Positions 1 to 7,896 are shown, counted from the first letter of the stretch. The stretch: 32,000 nt of DNA from Candidatus Electronema aureum (GCA_004284765.1 NQJD01000009.1:1-32000), one strand, 5' to 3'. Program-made: numbers and translations. Notes: a model not told the origin generated them from the letters alone.

Positions 1-150
1 TTCATAACTGCCGGAAAAGAAAGCGGCGGCAGTCAAAGCTGCGGTCATGACCTCAGCCGTGCTCATCGTGCATTGCGGGTCATCGCGCCAGCCCTTGGAA
101 ATTAAAAAATCATCGCATAAACAGTAAAATGTTGTAATCTTGAGTTCCAT
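1..150 (-). CDS. DDE transposase, N-terminal 50 codons only (ORF runs off the left edge of the window)
   Basis: Own minus-strand translation from ATG (148-150), preceded by GGAGGAGAG (152-160): MELKITTFYCLCDDFLISKGWRDDPQCTMSTAEVMTAALTAAAFFSGSYE. The xCxxDDF ... S/T-AEV-x-T ... FFxG pattern is what I recall from N-termini of IS4/IS5/IS982-type transposases. Absent from the ORF track because it is open-ended. Confidence 0.5.
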   Translation of the reverse strand, partial: MELKITTFYCLCDDFLISKGWRDDPQCTMSTAEVMTAALTAAAFFSGSYE

Positions 151-414
151 GCTCTCCTCCGTGTGCGGTTATATTCGTGCCAGACAGCAGAAGTATACCA
201 TACGCGGGGAAGCATGGATTTTTCAAGAGTTATAGGTCACAACTTGGGTTAATTTCAGAACTCATATTAAACGCCTGAGCCGAAGAACAATCTGTTTTTC
301 AAAAAACGAAAAAATTCATGACAATGTCATCGGCATGTATATCACCCGTTATTATTTTGGAGAGCGGTCGATACTCAGAAAGTGCCTGATCAACGGATTT
401 GAGCTACCACCAAA

Positions 415-439
415 GGGTTCAGGCAGCCAGCCCGAACCC
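415..439 (-). terminator. Degenerate copy of the hairpin terminator at 3711-3735
   Basis: GGGTTCAGGC-agcca-GCCCGAACCC has the same stem as 3711-3735. On the minus strand it is followed only by TTTGG, so it is probably weakened. Confidence 0.35.
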
Positions 440-473
440 TTTTCTTTTTCACCCGTTTTGTCGGGCAGATGCG

Positions 474-930
474 CTAAAACGACCTCATGATCCAGAAGCC
501 GCAGGCGATGCACTTGCTGTCGTCGGAAACGTAGCTCACGCCGTCAGCGGCCTAGTCCCGCGCAACCTCCTCGCGGGCGATGGCGTGGGTCGGACACATC
601 GTCTCGCAAAATCACCACCTGCTTGCCGGTGGCCATCGGATGCTCGCTCTTCGCCGCCTTCAGATAATCGAGGGCCGGAATCACCCGCTCGTGGCCGGTA
701 AACGGAATAATCTTCGGCTGTACTCGGCCGAAGAGCTGCTCCATCTTCTCCTGGGTCATGCTCACGCGAAGCTGCACCTTGATCAGCTCCTGCTTGAGGA
801 AACGCTGCACCTCCATCTCCCAGACCGCCTTGGCCAGCCGCTCCCACGGAATGGTCTGGGCCAGCTTGCCGCCGAGCTGGTCGCCCCACATCAAAGATGT
901 GGGCCTATTCTCCCGGCCCAAGAGCAAAAG
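474..930 (-). pseudogene. Decayed duplicate of the 3' part of the 3770-6139 gene (GltD-like FAD/NAD(P) domain plus C-terminal ferredoxin)
   Basis: Nucleotide-level collinearity with 3770-4875; about 93 percent identity in a 108-nt stretch I compared by hand. Relative deletions of 27 nt, ~0.59 kb and ~30 nt, an in-frame TAG in the ferredoxin part and frame changes. ORF 544-927 reads GGKLAQTIPWERLAKAVWEMEVQRFLKQELIKV...PKIIPFTGHERVIPALDYLKAAKSEHPMATGKQVVI, matching the intact protein. Confidence 0.85.
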
Positions 931-1333
931 GATGCATGATCACGAAAGATTGCTCTATTTCCTGCCCATGCTGCATGTCTTCAGAGCAGACGACCGCGCA
1001 GCCGTTCTCCAAAGCTGAAGCCAAAATCAGGCTGTCCCAATAGGAATACGAATATTTCTTCTTCAGGAGAAGGCACCTTTTCACCGTACCAAGACTCACT
1101 GAAGCGATATTCATATTTTCTTCAAGATCGGAGAGGAAGCTGGCAATCGTCTCGTGCTGTATCTTGTTCTTCGACAAAGCGGAATACACTTCGCTCATGA
1201 CCTAAGTGCTGATAAACACCTCTTTTTCAAGTAGGCTGGAAAGAAGCTGAACCGCCGCCTCATGCCGTTTCTGATCATTGTCAAGAAAGGAATAAATCAG
1301 AATGTTCGTGTCAATGAAAACTTTATCGGGCAT
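905..1333 (-). pseudogene. PIN-domain (VapC-like) toxin gene interrupted by an in-frame TAG at 1202-1204
   Basis: ORFs 1202-1444 and 905-1198 are contiguous in one frame: MPDKVFIDTNILIYSFLDNDQKRHEAAVQLLSSLLEKEVFIST-TAG-VMSEVYSALSK...YWDSLILASALENGCAVVCSEDMQHGQ. Typical PIN acidic residues are present (IDTN..., SED). The last ~10 codons read into the GltS remnant. Confidence 0.75.
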
Positions 1334-1559
1334 GAAGCTCATCCCTGCTGAATATCTTGAATTGCTCCGCTCTTGCAGGGCGAATAACTGACTGCGGTAG
1401 TCTGCGCATGGTCTTGATTTTGTCGGCAGGAGGTTCGTTGTCAATACTGACGAAATGAAGTTCCCTCAGTAAGTTGACTAAAAGCATGAATTTAGAATCA
1501 TCACTGACTGTCAGCGTAAGGGTTTTCATCTGCGCATCCTTTTTCATTTGATTAAACAT
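1323..1559 (-). CDS. Putative antitoxin partner of the PIN gene (assigned by position)
   Basis: 78-aa ORF immediately upstream of the PIN start, overlapping it by ~11 nt (stop 1323-1325, PIN ATG 1331-1333). Small size and operon arrangement are typical of VapB-type partners. I recognised no specific family. Confidence 0.5.
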   Translation of the reverse strand: MFNQMKKDAQMKTLTLTVSDDSKFMLLVNLLRELHFVSIDNEPPADKIKTMRRLPQSVIRPARAEQFKIFSRDELHAR

Positions 1560-1627
1560 TTTTTGAAGACGCTTTTAGAGTAGATTATTTTAACTCATTA
1601 ATCTGCTTCCACAAATCTTTTGTGATA

Positions 1628-1888
1628 CTATTCCACAGGATTGAATTTCATTCCGTCTGTCAGTAATTTTTTCTTAACTTGATGATGTAGCGACTTATTT
1701 AGCAGTAGTCGGATGAAGTACGAAACCTTCTCCTTGCCTTCCTGATCAAGTCGTGTCAGAATGCTTGCTGATGATGCGGATATATGCTCACTTTTCTGAA
1801 GGGATGGTGCGATGAACCCTGAAAATGGGTACAGAATAGCATAGAAACAGACAAAACTGAAAAAGGACAACGGCCATAAATTCAACAA
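1628..1888 (-). CDS. Hypothetical small protein (hydrophobic N-terminus), TTG start
   Basis: Only an ORF in a low-GC spacer. No recognisable motif and a non-ATG start. Confidence 0.2.
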   Translation of the reverse strand: MLNLWPLSFFSFVCFYAILYPFSGFIAPSLQKSEHISASSASILTRLDQEGKEKVSYFIRLLLNKSLHHQVKKKLLTDGMKFNPVE

Positions 1889-1941
1889 ATGATTTATAAC
1901 CGTTGTTACACCATTAACAATGATCTTTTACGAACGGTTGA

Positions 1942-3555
1942 TTACTGCAAAGCGTCAATACTCTGACCACTGTCCGTAGCACTGCAAGTGTTTTTTGGCA
2001 TACTATGTGGAACTGAAATCTGAACATTTCCAGTGCAATCCCCTCCGTTGCCATCATCAGCGGTAAAGGAAACGCGATAGACACGTCCGTCACCTTTGCC
2101 AGAACGTTCAGCTCTGAGAGCCACTGTATGGGCATCGGCATCTATCTTTGCATCTGGAGCATGATGAATACCTCCAGCTCCACGAACTGTTGCTGTAGCT
2201 TCATCGCTGGTCACACCGGTTACTTGAATTGTTACTGCGTCGCCATCTGGATCCTTCACCCCAATGATTCCGATTTCTACGAAGTTGTGATTTGGAGGCC
2301 AGATGCAACTTGTTGTTGGTTTCGCATTGTTGCAATCAGGCGATTCATTGCAAACCTGCCATTTTTTAGTTGAGTTAGCGCACTTTTTCTCTGCATCGTC
2401 AACAAAACATGCTGCAATATCATCTATACCAGCAGATAATGCGGTATCTGTGTACTGCCAAACAGCCTTGCCATCAGCATTTGTTGCGACAATTGCAGAC
2501 TTTCCAGCATTTGGTCCGCTTGTGATCTCAAAGGCAACATCTACTCCTGACTGAGGAATACCGTCATTATTTTTTATTGTTGCCGTTACCGTATGGTTTT
2601 CTCCTGTGCAACTGAGACCATCCTTCGGTTCGAGACCGATTTCATTCGGTGCTGAGAATGGTTCGAGATCAAGCAGCATTAGTGAAAGACCAAGGCAATC
2701 ACTTCCTGCTTCCTGGCCATTAATATTAAGTGTGACGAGTCCAGGAGTGCCACCAAATGCGGGTGTAATATCAAGCGTATGGCTATCCCAGAGTTGTCCA
2801 TATGATCCGCTTCTGCTTGTTCCCGCTGTAGGCAGTGAATTGCCGTCATAAAGAGTCTCATTGTCATTGATGGTGTATGAACCATTAGCTGTACTGAACG
2901 TCAGCTCACTATCTCCGGCAGCTTGACCATCAGCCAAATGAAGTTGAGCAGCAACTGAACCTCCTCTATACTCAATGCCTGGCAATGAAGCATGCCATCC
3001 TTGATCCTCACCTGGAAAACCTGATGGATAATTTGAATCGTTACCGGAAAAGAAAACAAGATCACGATTGTTTGCATCATTTCCATCATCAAATATCACA
3101 ACTAAAGAAGCACCATTGGCGTTATGCCCAGAAAGTGCTGACAAATTAGTAATGTCGTAACTTCCATTACCCTGTATAAAGCCCGTAACATCTGCTTCAA
3201 AAGCCCTGCTTGATCCAGGCCCCCAGCAATTGGTTGTGGCATCTCCAAGAGATATTCCAGTAACAGAATTGCCATTGATATTGACTATGGCATTGTCATA
3301 GACCGCACTTGGACTAGAGTTATTTATGCCATGCCAATAAAGAAATGCTTTCTTCACCGTGCCGTTAACGCAATCCAAATTTATAGTTCCACTTCCTCCG
3401 CCGACACCGCTGATGCCCGCTGAACACCAGTCAACATTTACTGCGGTACGCCGCTTGGTTATAGGGGTAGCATAAGCTGTTGCAAGAAAAAAACAGCTTG
3501 GAACGATAGCAATTGTTGCGACATGAGAAACAATCTGCTTTTTCATACTGCTCAC
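1942..3555 (-). CDS. Secreted multidomain protein: signal peptide, DUF3344-like N-domain, Ig-like (Big_1-type) domain, C-terminal WPPNH...VPH domain
   Basis: N-terminus MSSMKKQIVSHVATIAIVPSCFFLATAYA looks like a signal peptide. AFLYWHGINN and the surrounding segment recall DUF3344. GENHTVTATIKNNDGIPQSGVDVAFEITSGPNAG...ADGKAVWQY is Ig-like. The C-terminal CIWPPNHNFVEI...TSDEATA...LRAERSGKGDGRVYRVSFTADDGNGG...VPHS module recurs in many secreted proteins. Lower GC than its neighbours, by eye. Confidence 0.8.
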   Translation of the reverse strand: MSSMKKQIVSHVATIAIVPSCFFLATAYATPITKRRTAVNVDWCSAGISGVGGGSGTINLDCVNGTVKKAFLYWHGINNSSPSAVYDNAIVNINGNSVTGISLGDATTNCWGPGSSRAFEADVTGFIQGNGSYDITNLSALSGHNANGASLVVIFDDGNDANNRDLVFFSGNDSNYPSGFPGEDQGWHASLPGIEYRGGSVAAQLHLADGQAAGDSELTFSTANGSYTINDNETLYDGNSLPTAGTSRSGSYGQLWDSHTLDITPAFGGTPGLVTLNINGQEAGSDCLGLSLMLLDLEPFSAPNEIGLEPKDGLSCTGENHTVTATIKNNDGIPQSGVDVAFEITSGPNAGKSAIVATNADGKAVWQYTDTALSAGIDDIAACFVDDAEKKCANSTKKWQVCNESPDCNNAKPTTSCIWPPNHNFVEIGIIGVKDPDGDAVTIQVTGVTSDEATATVRGAGGIHHAPDAKIDADAHTVALRAERSGKGDGRVYRVSFTADDGNGGDCTGNVQISVPHSMPKNTCSATDSGQSIDALQ

Positions 3556-3705
3556 CTAAGTTGTTTTTAGGCAGTGTAATATTGAGAATTTTTCTCAAAA
3601 TACAAGCGTCTGCCAATCATATTTTGACAGATTACCACCTTTCCTCATTACGTCAAGAAATATTTCCGGGCTGCACGAAAAGACTTGCGCAACCGCTGCA
3701 AACGT

Positions 3706-3735
3706 AAAAAGGGTTCAGGCTTGCGGCCCGAACCC
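3706..3735 (-). terminator. Rho-independent terminator of the glutamate synthase operon (potentially bidirectional)
   Basis: Minus strand reads GGGTTCGGGC-cgcaa-GCCTGAACCC followed by TTTTT, 35 nt after the stop at 3770. The plus strand also has a T-rich tract after the stem. Confidence 0.75.
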
Positions 3736-3769
3736 TTTCCTTTTTCACCCGGTTTATCGGGCAGATGCG

Positions 3770-6139
3770 CTAAAACGGCCTCATGGTCCAAATGCCGCAG
3801 GGGCAGGTGTCGGCGCAGAAGCCGCAGGCGACGCACTTGCTGTCATCGGAGACATAGCGGTAGGCCACGCCGTCCGCCGCTTCTTCAGCAGGCAGCTCCT
3901 CGCGGGTGATGGCGTGGGTCGGGCACATGGTCTCGCACAAATGGCAGTCGCGGCAGGAGCCGCAGCTCAGGCAGCGGGCCGCCTGCTGCTCCTCGGTCTT
4001 GCCCTTGTCCTCCACCGGGTCGTAGTGGGCGATGGTCAACGCCTCGTACTGAATCAGCTTTTTGGCGAAGGGCTTCCACGCTTTGCCCTCCATTTGCGCG
4101 ATCAAATACTCTGCTGTCCGCTTGGCCGCGCCAAGGGCGTTGGTGGCCAGACCGGGCCGCTCGACATCGCCGACCGCGAGAATCTTCGCATCGCTGGTGC
4201 GCCCGGCTTCGTCGGTCTTGATCCACGAGCCGCCTGCGATCTTCATCACGCTCACGCTCTCCGGCAGGAAAGGCAGGCTGGGCACATCGCCGATGGAGAT
4301 GATGACCGTCTGCGCCGGAATCAGCTCGCCTTTGTCGGTGACAAGGCCCTGCTCGGTGACTTCCTTCGTCATCACAGGCCACTTGAAGACCGCGCCGAGA
4401 GCTTCGGCGGCCTCGCGCTCCTTGCCAAAGGCCAGCGGCTTCTGGATGTCCACCAAGGTAACTTGGCTTGCGCCCAGCCGGTAGCACTCGGCGGCCACGT
4501 CGCAGCCGACATTGCCCGCGCCGATAATCACCACCTGCTTGCCCGTGGCCATCGGATGCTCGCTCTTCGCCGCCTTCAGGTAGTCCAGAGCCGGAATCAC
4601 CCGCTCGTGGCCGGTGAACGGAATGATCTTCGGCTGATGCGTGCCGACCGCGACGATGACATAATCGTACTCGGCCTTGAGCTGCTCGATCTTCTCTTGA
4701 GTCATGCTCACGCCGAGATTGACCTTGATCAGCTCCTGCTTGAGGAAACGCTGCACCTCCATCTCCCAGACCGCCTTGGACAGCCGCTCCCACGGAATGG
4801 TCTGAGCCAGCTTGCCGCCGAGCAGGTCACCCTTCTCAAAAATATGGGCTTCAATTCCGGCCAAAGCCAAGTGCCACGCCACGCCCATACCTGCCGGGCC
4901 GCCGCCGATGACCGCCACTTTGTGGCCGGTAGCGGGCTTGCCCTTGGGCGGATCAACATTATGGACGGCCTGGCCCAGCACCGAGACATCAATGGAGAAA
5001 TCCAATTTTTTGCGGGCGCAGTTCTGAATGCAGAGGTTCGGGCAGATGGTGCCGCAGACCGAGGCCGGGAAGGGCGTGTAGCGCAGCAGCATCTCGTAGG
5101 CTTCCTCGTTCCTGCCCTCGCGGATCAGCCGCAGCCGGTCAATGGTCGGGATGTGCATCGGGCAGTAGTAGGTGCAAGGCGCGGCGGAGTCGCGGTTGAC
5201 CCACCACGGCTTGCGCCTGCGCAGCTCGCCGGTCTCAATCACGCCGACCACCGAGCGGTCGAGCATCGGGGCTAAGTCGCGCAAAGGGTCGCCGCCGCCG
5301 AAGCCTGCGCTCCACACGCGCTTGGCAAATTCGGACATCGGCATCGGCCCGGAAGACAACAGAGCGCGCTCCTGCGGCGGGACAGCGGCAAGCAGGTTCC
5401 ATTCCTCGCGCTGGCTCAAGGTGTCGAGCAATTCCGGCCTGCCGATGGCGTTGAGATATTCCGGCAGACGCTCAAGCAGCCACTGCCATTCCTCATCGCT
5501 CGGCTGCACTAATTTGGCGTTGCTGCGAGCATAGCTGCCGTCAATCGTGCCCCGGAAATAGACCTTGCCGCCGACCATGCCGACGCAGGGCCGGTAGCCG
5601 AGCACGTTGTCCGGATTCTTCGGGTTATGGCCGCAAACCACCGCGATGCCGCCGCAGTTGAACTCGGCAAAGGTGTCGCCCGCTGAGCCGAGCACCCACA
5701 TCTGCGGGCGTTCGTAGTCAGGGTTCCACTTGGTCATGGTCAGGCCGCGCGCACCGATGGAGCCGCCGATCATCACCCGCCCGCCCGCCATCGCGCTGCA
5801 CGCGCCGTTGGTCGCGTCGCCTTTGACGATCACATCCGCGCCGATGTTGAGATAGCCCACGTCGTCTGAGGCCGAGCCTTCGCAGATAACCGTGGTGCCG
5901 GGCAATCCCATGCAGCCAACCCGCTGCCCGACCGGCCCTTTCACCCGGATCGTCAGCGGCCTGTCCTTGCGCCCGCCCAGCCGCAGGCCGATGTTGTGCT
6001 GGCCAAAGGATTCGAGAGTCAGCTCGTCCGCTTCAGCCGCCGCGCCGCGCACTTCTTCTTCAAAAATCTTAGATGTCAGCCGCAGGCCATTGGCATCCTT
6101 GCCGCGTATGATTGCAGTCTTTTTTGCTTGTTCAGTCAT
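3770..6139 (-). CDS. Glutamate synthase fusion subunit: GXGXG (GltB C-terminal-like) domain + GltD-like Fe-S/FAD/NAD(P)H oxidoreductase + 2x[4Fe-4S] ferredoxin tail
   Basis: 789 aa. N-terminal repeated G-x-G-x-G beta-helix pattern (GDATNGACSAMAGGRVMIGGSIGARG). Central CPMH..C..ICPNLCIQNC Fe-S motif and VAVIGGGPAGMGVA / VVIIGAGNVGCDVA dinucleotide folds. C-terminal CLSCGSCRDCHLCETMCP and CVACGFCADTCPCG. Confidence 0.9.
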   Translation of the reverse strand: MTEQAKKTAIIRGKDANGLRLTSKIFEEEVRGAAAEADELTLESFGQHNIGLRLGGRKDRPLTIRVKGPVGQRVGCMGLPGTTVICEGSASDDVGYLNIGADVIVKGDATNGACSAMAGGRVMIGGSIGARGLTMTKWNPDYERPQMWVLGSAGDTFAEFNCGGIAVVCGHNPKNPDNVLGYRPCVGMVGGKVYFRGTIDGSYARSNAKLVQPSDEEWQWLLERLPEYLNAIGRPELLDTLSQREEWNLLAAVPPQERALLSSGPMPMSEFAKRVWSAGFGGGDPLRDLAPMLDRSVVGVIETGELRRRKPWWVNRDSAAPCTYYCPMHIPTIDRLRLIREGRNEEAYEMLLRYTPFPASVCGTICPNLCIQNCARKKLDFSIDVSVLGQAVHNVDPPKGKPATGHKVAVIGGGPAGMGVAWHLALAGIEAHIFEKGDLLGGKLAQTIPWERLSKAVWEMEVQRFLKQELIKVNLGVSMTQEKIEQLKAEYDYVIVAVGTHQPKIIPFTGHERVIPALDYLKAAKSEHPMATGKQVVIIGAGNVGCDVAAECYRLGASQVTLVDIQKPLAFGKEREAAEALGAVFKWPVMTKEVTEQGLVTDKGELIPAQTVIISIGDVPSLPFLPESVSVMKIAGGSWIKTDEAGRTSDAKILAVGDVERPGLATNALGAAKRTAEYLIAQMEGKAWKPFAKKLIQYEALTIAHYDPVEDKGKTEEQQAARCLSCGSCRDCHLCETMCPTHAITREELPAEEAADGVAYRYVSDDSKCVACGFCADTCPCGIWTMRPF

Positions 6140-6186
6140 AATATAAAATCCGTGATGATGGACAGAAAATGCCGGATGGCTGGTTT

Positions 6187-6954
6187 TTATTCTTTCATAA
6201 TCTGAATGACGCGCTCATCCAAACAGGAACGAAGGAAAGCGTTCATCTGCCGCTGGTCGCTGCTATCATAAAAAGCCAGCATGAGCTGATTGAATTCTAA
6301 CTGCCGTTTTGCCGGAAGATTGATTGCCGGAAAGCCATTGTGCAAGAGCAGTCCGTTCATCATGAAACGGCCCATGCGCTTGTTGACATCGTAGAAAAAT
6401 TGGTGCCGCGCCATTGTCAGAAAAATAAAAATTGCCTTATCGTAAATGTCAGGCAATTGCTCCGCATCCTTTGTCATCTGCGCAAACAGCTCCGGCAACT
6501 TGTCTGCTGAAGGCGGCATGTGCGCTGTTCCCGCAATCGTCACGCCGCCGGAGCGAAACTTTCCCCATTCCAAGGCATCTTCCTTAGCGGCCAGCGCATG
6601 AATGGCGCAGGCTATTTCCGCCTTAACTGCAAATCTATTTTCTTCAATCAACTGCAACAGCAACCGCCACGCCTGATGCTGATTCAGTGCAATCTGCTGA
6701 TCACTAACTTTATGCCCGCCAACCGTGATGCCGTCCAGCAGGGTTTGTATCTCCGGCAGGGTGTAATTGATGCCCTCAAGATTGACCGCATCGCAGATGA
6801 ACTCCGGCAGCATCCGTTTGGCGAGCATGAGAGCCTTGGCTTTGTTGGGCTGCATGTGCCAGTGGGAATCTTTCATTTTTTCATGCAATGCAATATCAGA
6901 CCGCAATGCGTATTCCTTCCCGTCGGGCAATTTCGATAATTGTGCTCTCGTCAT
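6187..6954 (-). CDS. Fic/Doc-family protein with non-canonical Doc-like active-site motif
   Basis: HQFFYDVNKRMGRFMMNGLLLHNGFP aligns to the Fic motif HxFx(D/E)GNGRxxR but carries Doc-like D-V-N-K-R. The N-terminal AVNLEGINYT resembles the (S/T)xxxE(G/N) helix. The start is uncertain: 6954 overlaps the MNT gene by 59 nt, and the alternative ATG at 6876 avoids the overlap. Confidence 0.75.
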   Translation of the reverse strand: MTRAQLSKLPDGKEYALRSDIALHEKMKDSHWHMQPNKAKALMLAKRMLPEFICDAVNLEGINYTLPEIQTLLDGITVGGHKVSDQQIALNQHQAWRLLLQLIEENRFAVKAEIACAIHALAAKEDALEWGKFRSGGVTIAGTAHMPPSADKLPELFAQMTKDAEQLPDIYDKAIFIFLTMARHQFFYDVNKRMGRFMMNGLLLHNGFPAINLPAKRQLEFNQLMLAFYDSSDQRQMNAFLRSCLDERVIQIMKE

Positions 6955-7219
6955 CTTGCTCCCAGCGGTTCAGGCCTACTGGTATAGGTTCTATCCGGTT
7001 GTCTGTGCGGGCGGCAGTCTTCCAGAGCAGATTTATATCTTCCCGGCTGCATGAGTGGTCATATTTGTCAGATATAACAAGCAAATCAATATCACTCCAT
7101 TGATGACTGCCGCCTCGTGCGTATGAACCGAAAAGCACTCCAAATCGGACTGAGATGCCTTGCCGCAAAAGCTCCTGCAAATATTTTCTTACTGACTGTT
7201 TAATTGATTCTTCAGCCAT
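6896..7219 (-). CDS. Minimal nucleotidyltransferase (MNT) domain protein
   Basis: GVLFGSYARGGSHQWSDIDLLV is the GSxxRG...DxD nucleotidyltransferase signature. 107 aa, overlapping the HEPN gene end by 31 nt. Confidence 0.85.
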   Translation of the reverse strand: MAEESIKQSVRKYLQELLRQGISVRFGVLFGSYARGGSHQWSDIDLLVISDKYDHSCSREDINLLWKTAARTDNRIEPIPVGLNRWEQDDESTIIEIARREGIRIAV

Positions 7220-7578
7220 GTGAATACTTCTTCGGTTTTTTGTAAAAGTCGTTGCGTCTCGTTCGGCGATGGAAGTGCTCCCCAGAGTTCTGGGTAACGG
7301 CCCTCAATATTGCATGGATTCATTTCTGACAAAAGATCCGCCTGCTCTGCTTCAAAAGCGATGCCAGTCAATTCGGCGAGCCTTGCCAAGTTATGAATTC
7401 TCGGAGCAATATCTTGAGTATGACGACAAACGTGCGCCTTCAGAATTTTTTCCAAGGTGAGATGAAGGAAGAAAAGACCGTGACGAATTTTCTTCGACTG
7501 GATGAGCTGGCCAGCCACCTCAAAATCTTCCTCCGCACCTGTCAGCCAATGAGCAATATGTTTTTCTATGTCCATCAT
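7189..7578 (-). CDS. HEPN domain protein
   Basis: 129 aa. HWLTGAEEDFEVAGQL...LEKILKA...PRIHNLARL...EGRYPE is the helical HEPN pattern with the R/H motif region. Adjacent to the MNT gene. Confidence 0.8.
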   Translation of the reverse strand: MMDIEKHIAHWLTGAEEDFEVAGQLIQSKKIRHGLFFLHLTLEKILKAHVCRHTQDIAPRIHNLARLAELTGIAFEAEQADLLSEMNPCNIEGRYPELWGALPSPNETQRLLQKTEEVFTWLKNQLNSQ

Positions 7579-7656
7579 GGATGGAGCGCAGCCTGAATCA
7601 GCAGCCTGACATGGGATGCGCTTGGAGATTTTACGATGAGCCGTGTCATGTTATCT

Positions 7657-7896
7657 TTATCTTGTAACAACAAACAACACTATAAGCAGCAGAACAAATA
7701 TTATTCCCAGCACAAGCCCTGTTTTTGATGATGGCGCAGACGCAATGCGTTCTATCGCCTCAACGTCAGGTCTGTTTGCTGTTGATGTTTTTTCTCTATC
7801 ATCAGAAGAATTACTGCCAGCGGAAACATTTCCATGCACATTGCCGCCAACAACATTGCTGTTCTTCGCATTGCCTATATTGATATTATTACCCAT
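7657..7896 (-). CDS. Orphan small tail-anchored membrane protein, Asn/Gly-rich N-terminus
   Basis: 79 aa. MGNNINIGNAKNSNVVGGNVHGNVSAG... then a C-terminal TM GLVLGIIFVLLLIVLFVV. Its ATG is embedded in the last codons of the upstream ORF (AATGGGTAA). AT-rich DNA. Confidence 0.4.
   Translation of the reverse strand: MGNNINIGNAKNSNVVGGNVHGNVSAGSNSSDDREKTSTANRPDVEAIERIASAPSSKTGLVLGIIFVLLLIVLFVVTR

Noticed and set aside
318-330. 13-bp palindrome ATGACA-A-TGTCAT in the spacer right of the transposase fragment
   Set aside because: It is short, isolated and has no partner element or adjacent gene start. It could be part of the IS end, but the other IS end is outside the window, so nothing can be concluded.
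399-939. ORFs 399-701, 536-889 and 580-939 as independent genes
   Set aside because: They lie within the decayed copy of the glutamate synthase 3' end. Only the frame matching the intact paralogue is meaningful, and it is broken.
1202-1204. In-frame TAG of the PIN gene as a pyrrolysine or programmed read-through codon
   Set aside because: I saw no pyl genes or PYLIS-like context in the window. The surrounding island shows general decay (remnant gene, replaced C-terminus). A simple nonsense mutation is the parsimonious reading.
3914-5275. 453-aa plus-strand ORF (and 3885-4793, 4062-4484, 5172-5534 and others) overlapping the 789-aa glutamate synthase gene
   Set aside because: These are shadow ORFs in GC-rich coding DNA. 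Their translations are Arg/Ala/Gly/Leu-rich low-information strings, while the minus-strand frame has unambiguous GltS motifs.
7889-7896. Programmed frameshift fusing ORF 7889-8182 to ORF 7657-7896
   Set aside because: The overlap AATGGGTAA is the ordinary stop/start coupling type. Fusion would need a +1 shift and I see no recognised +1 slippery context. The shared motif is noted as a finding, but a frameshift is not supported.
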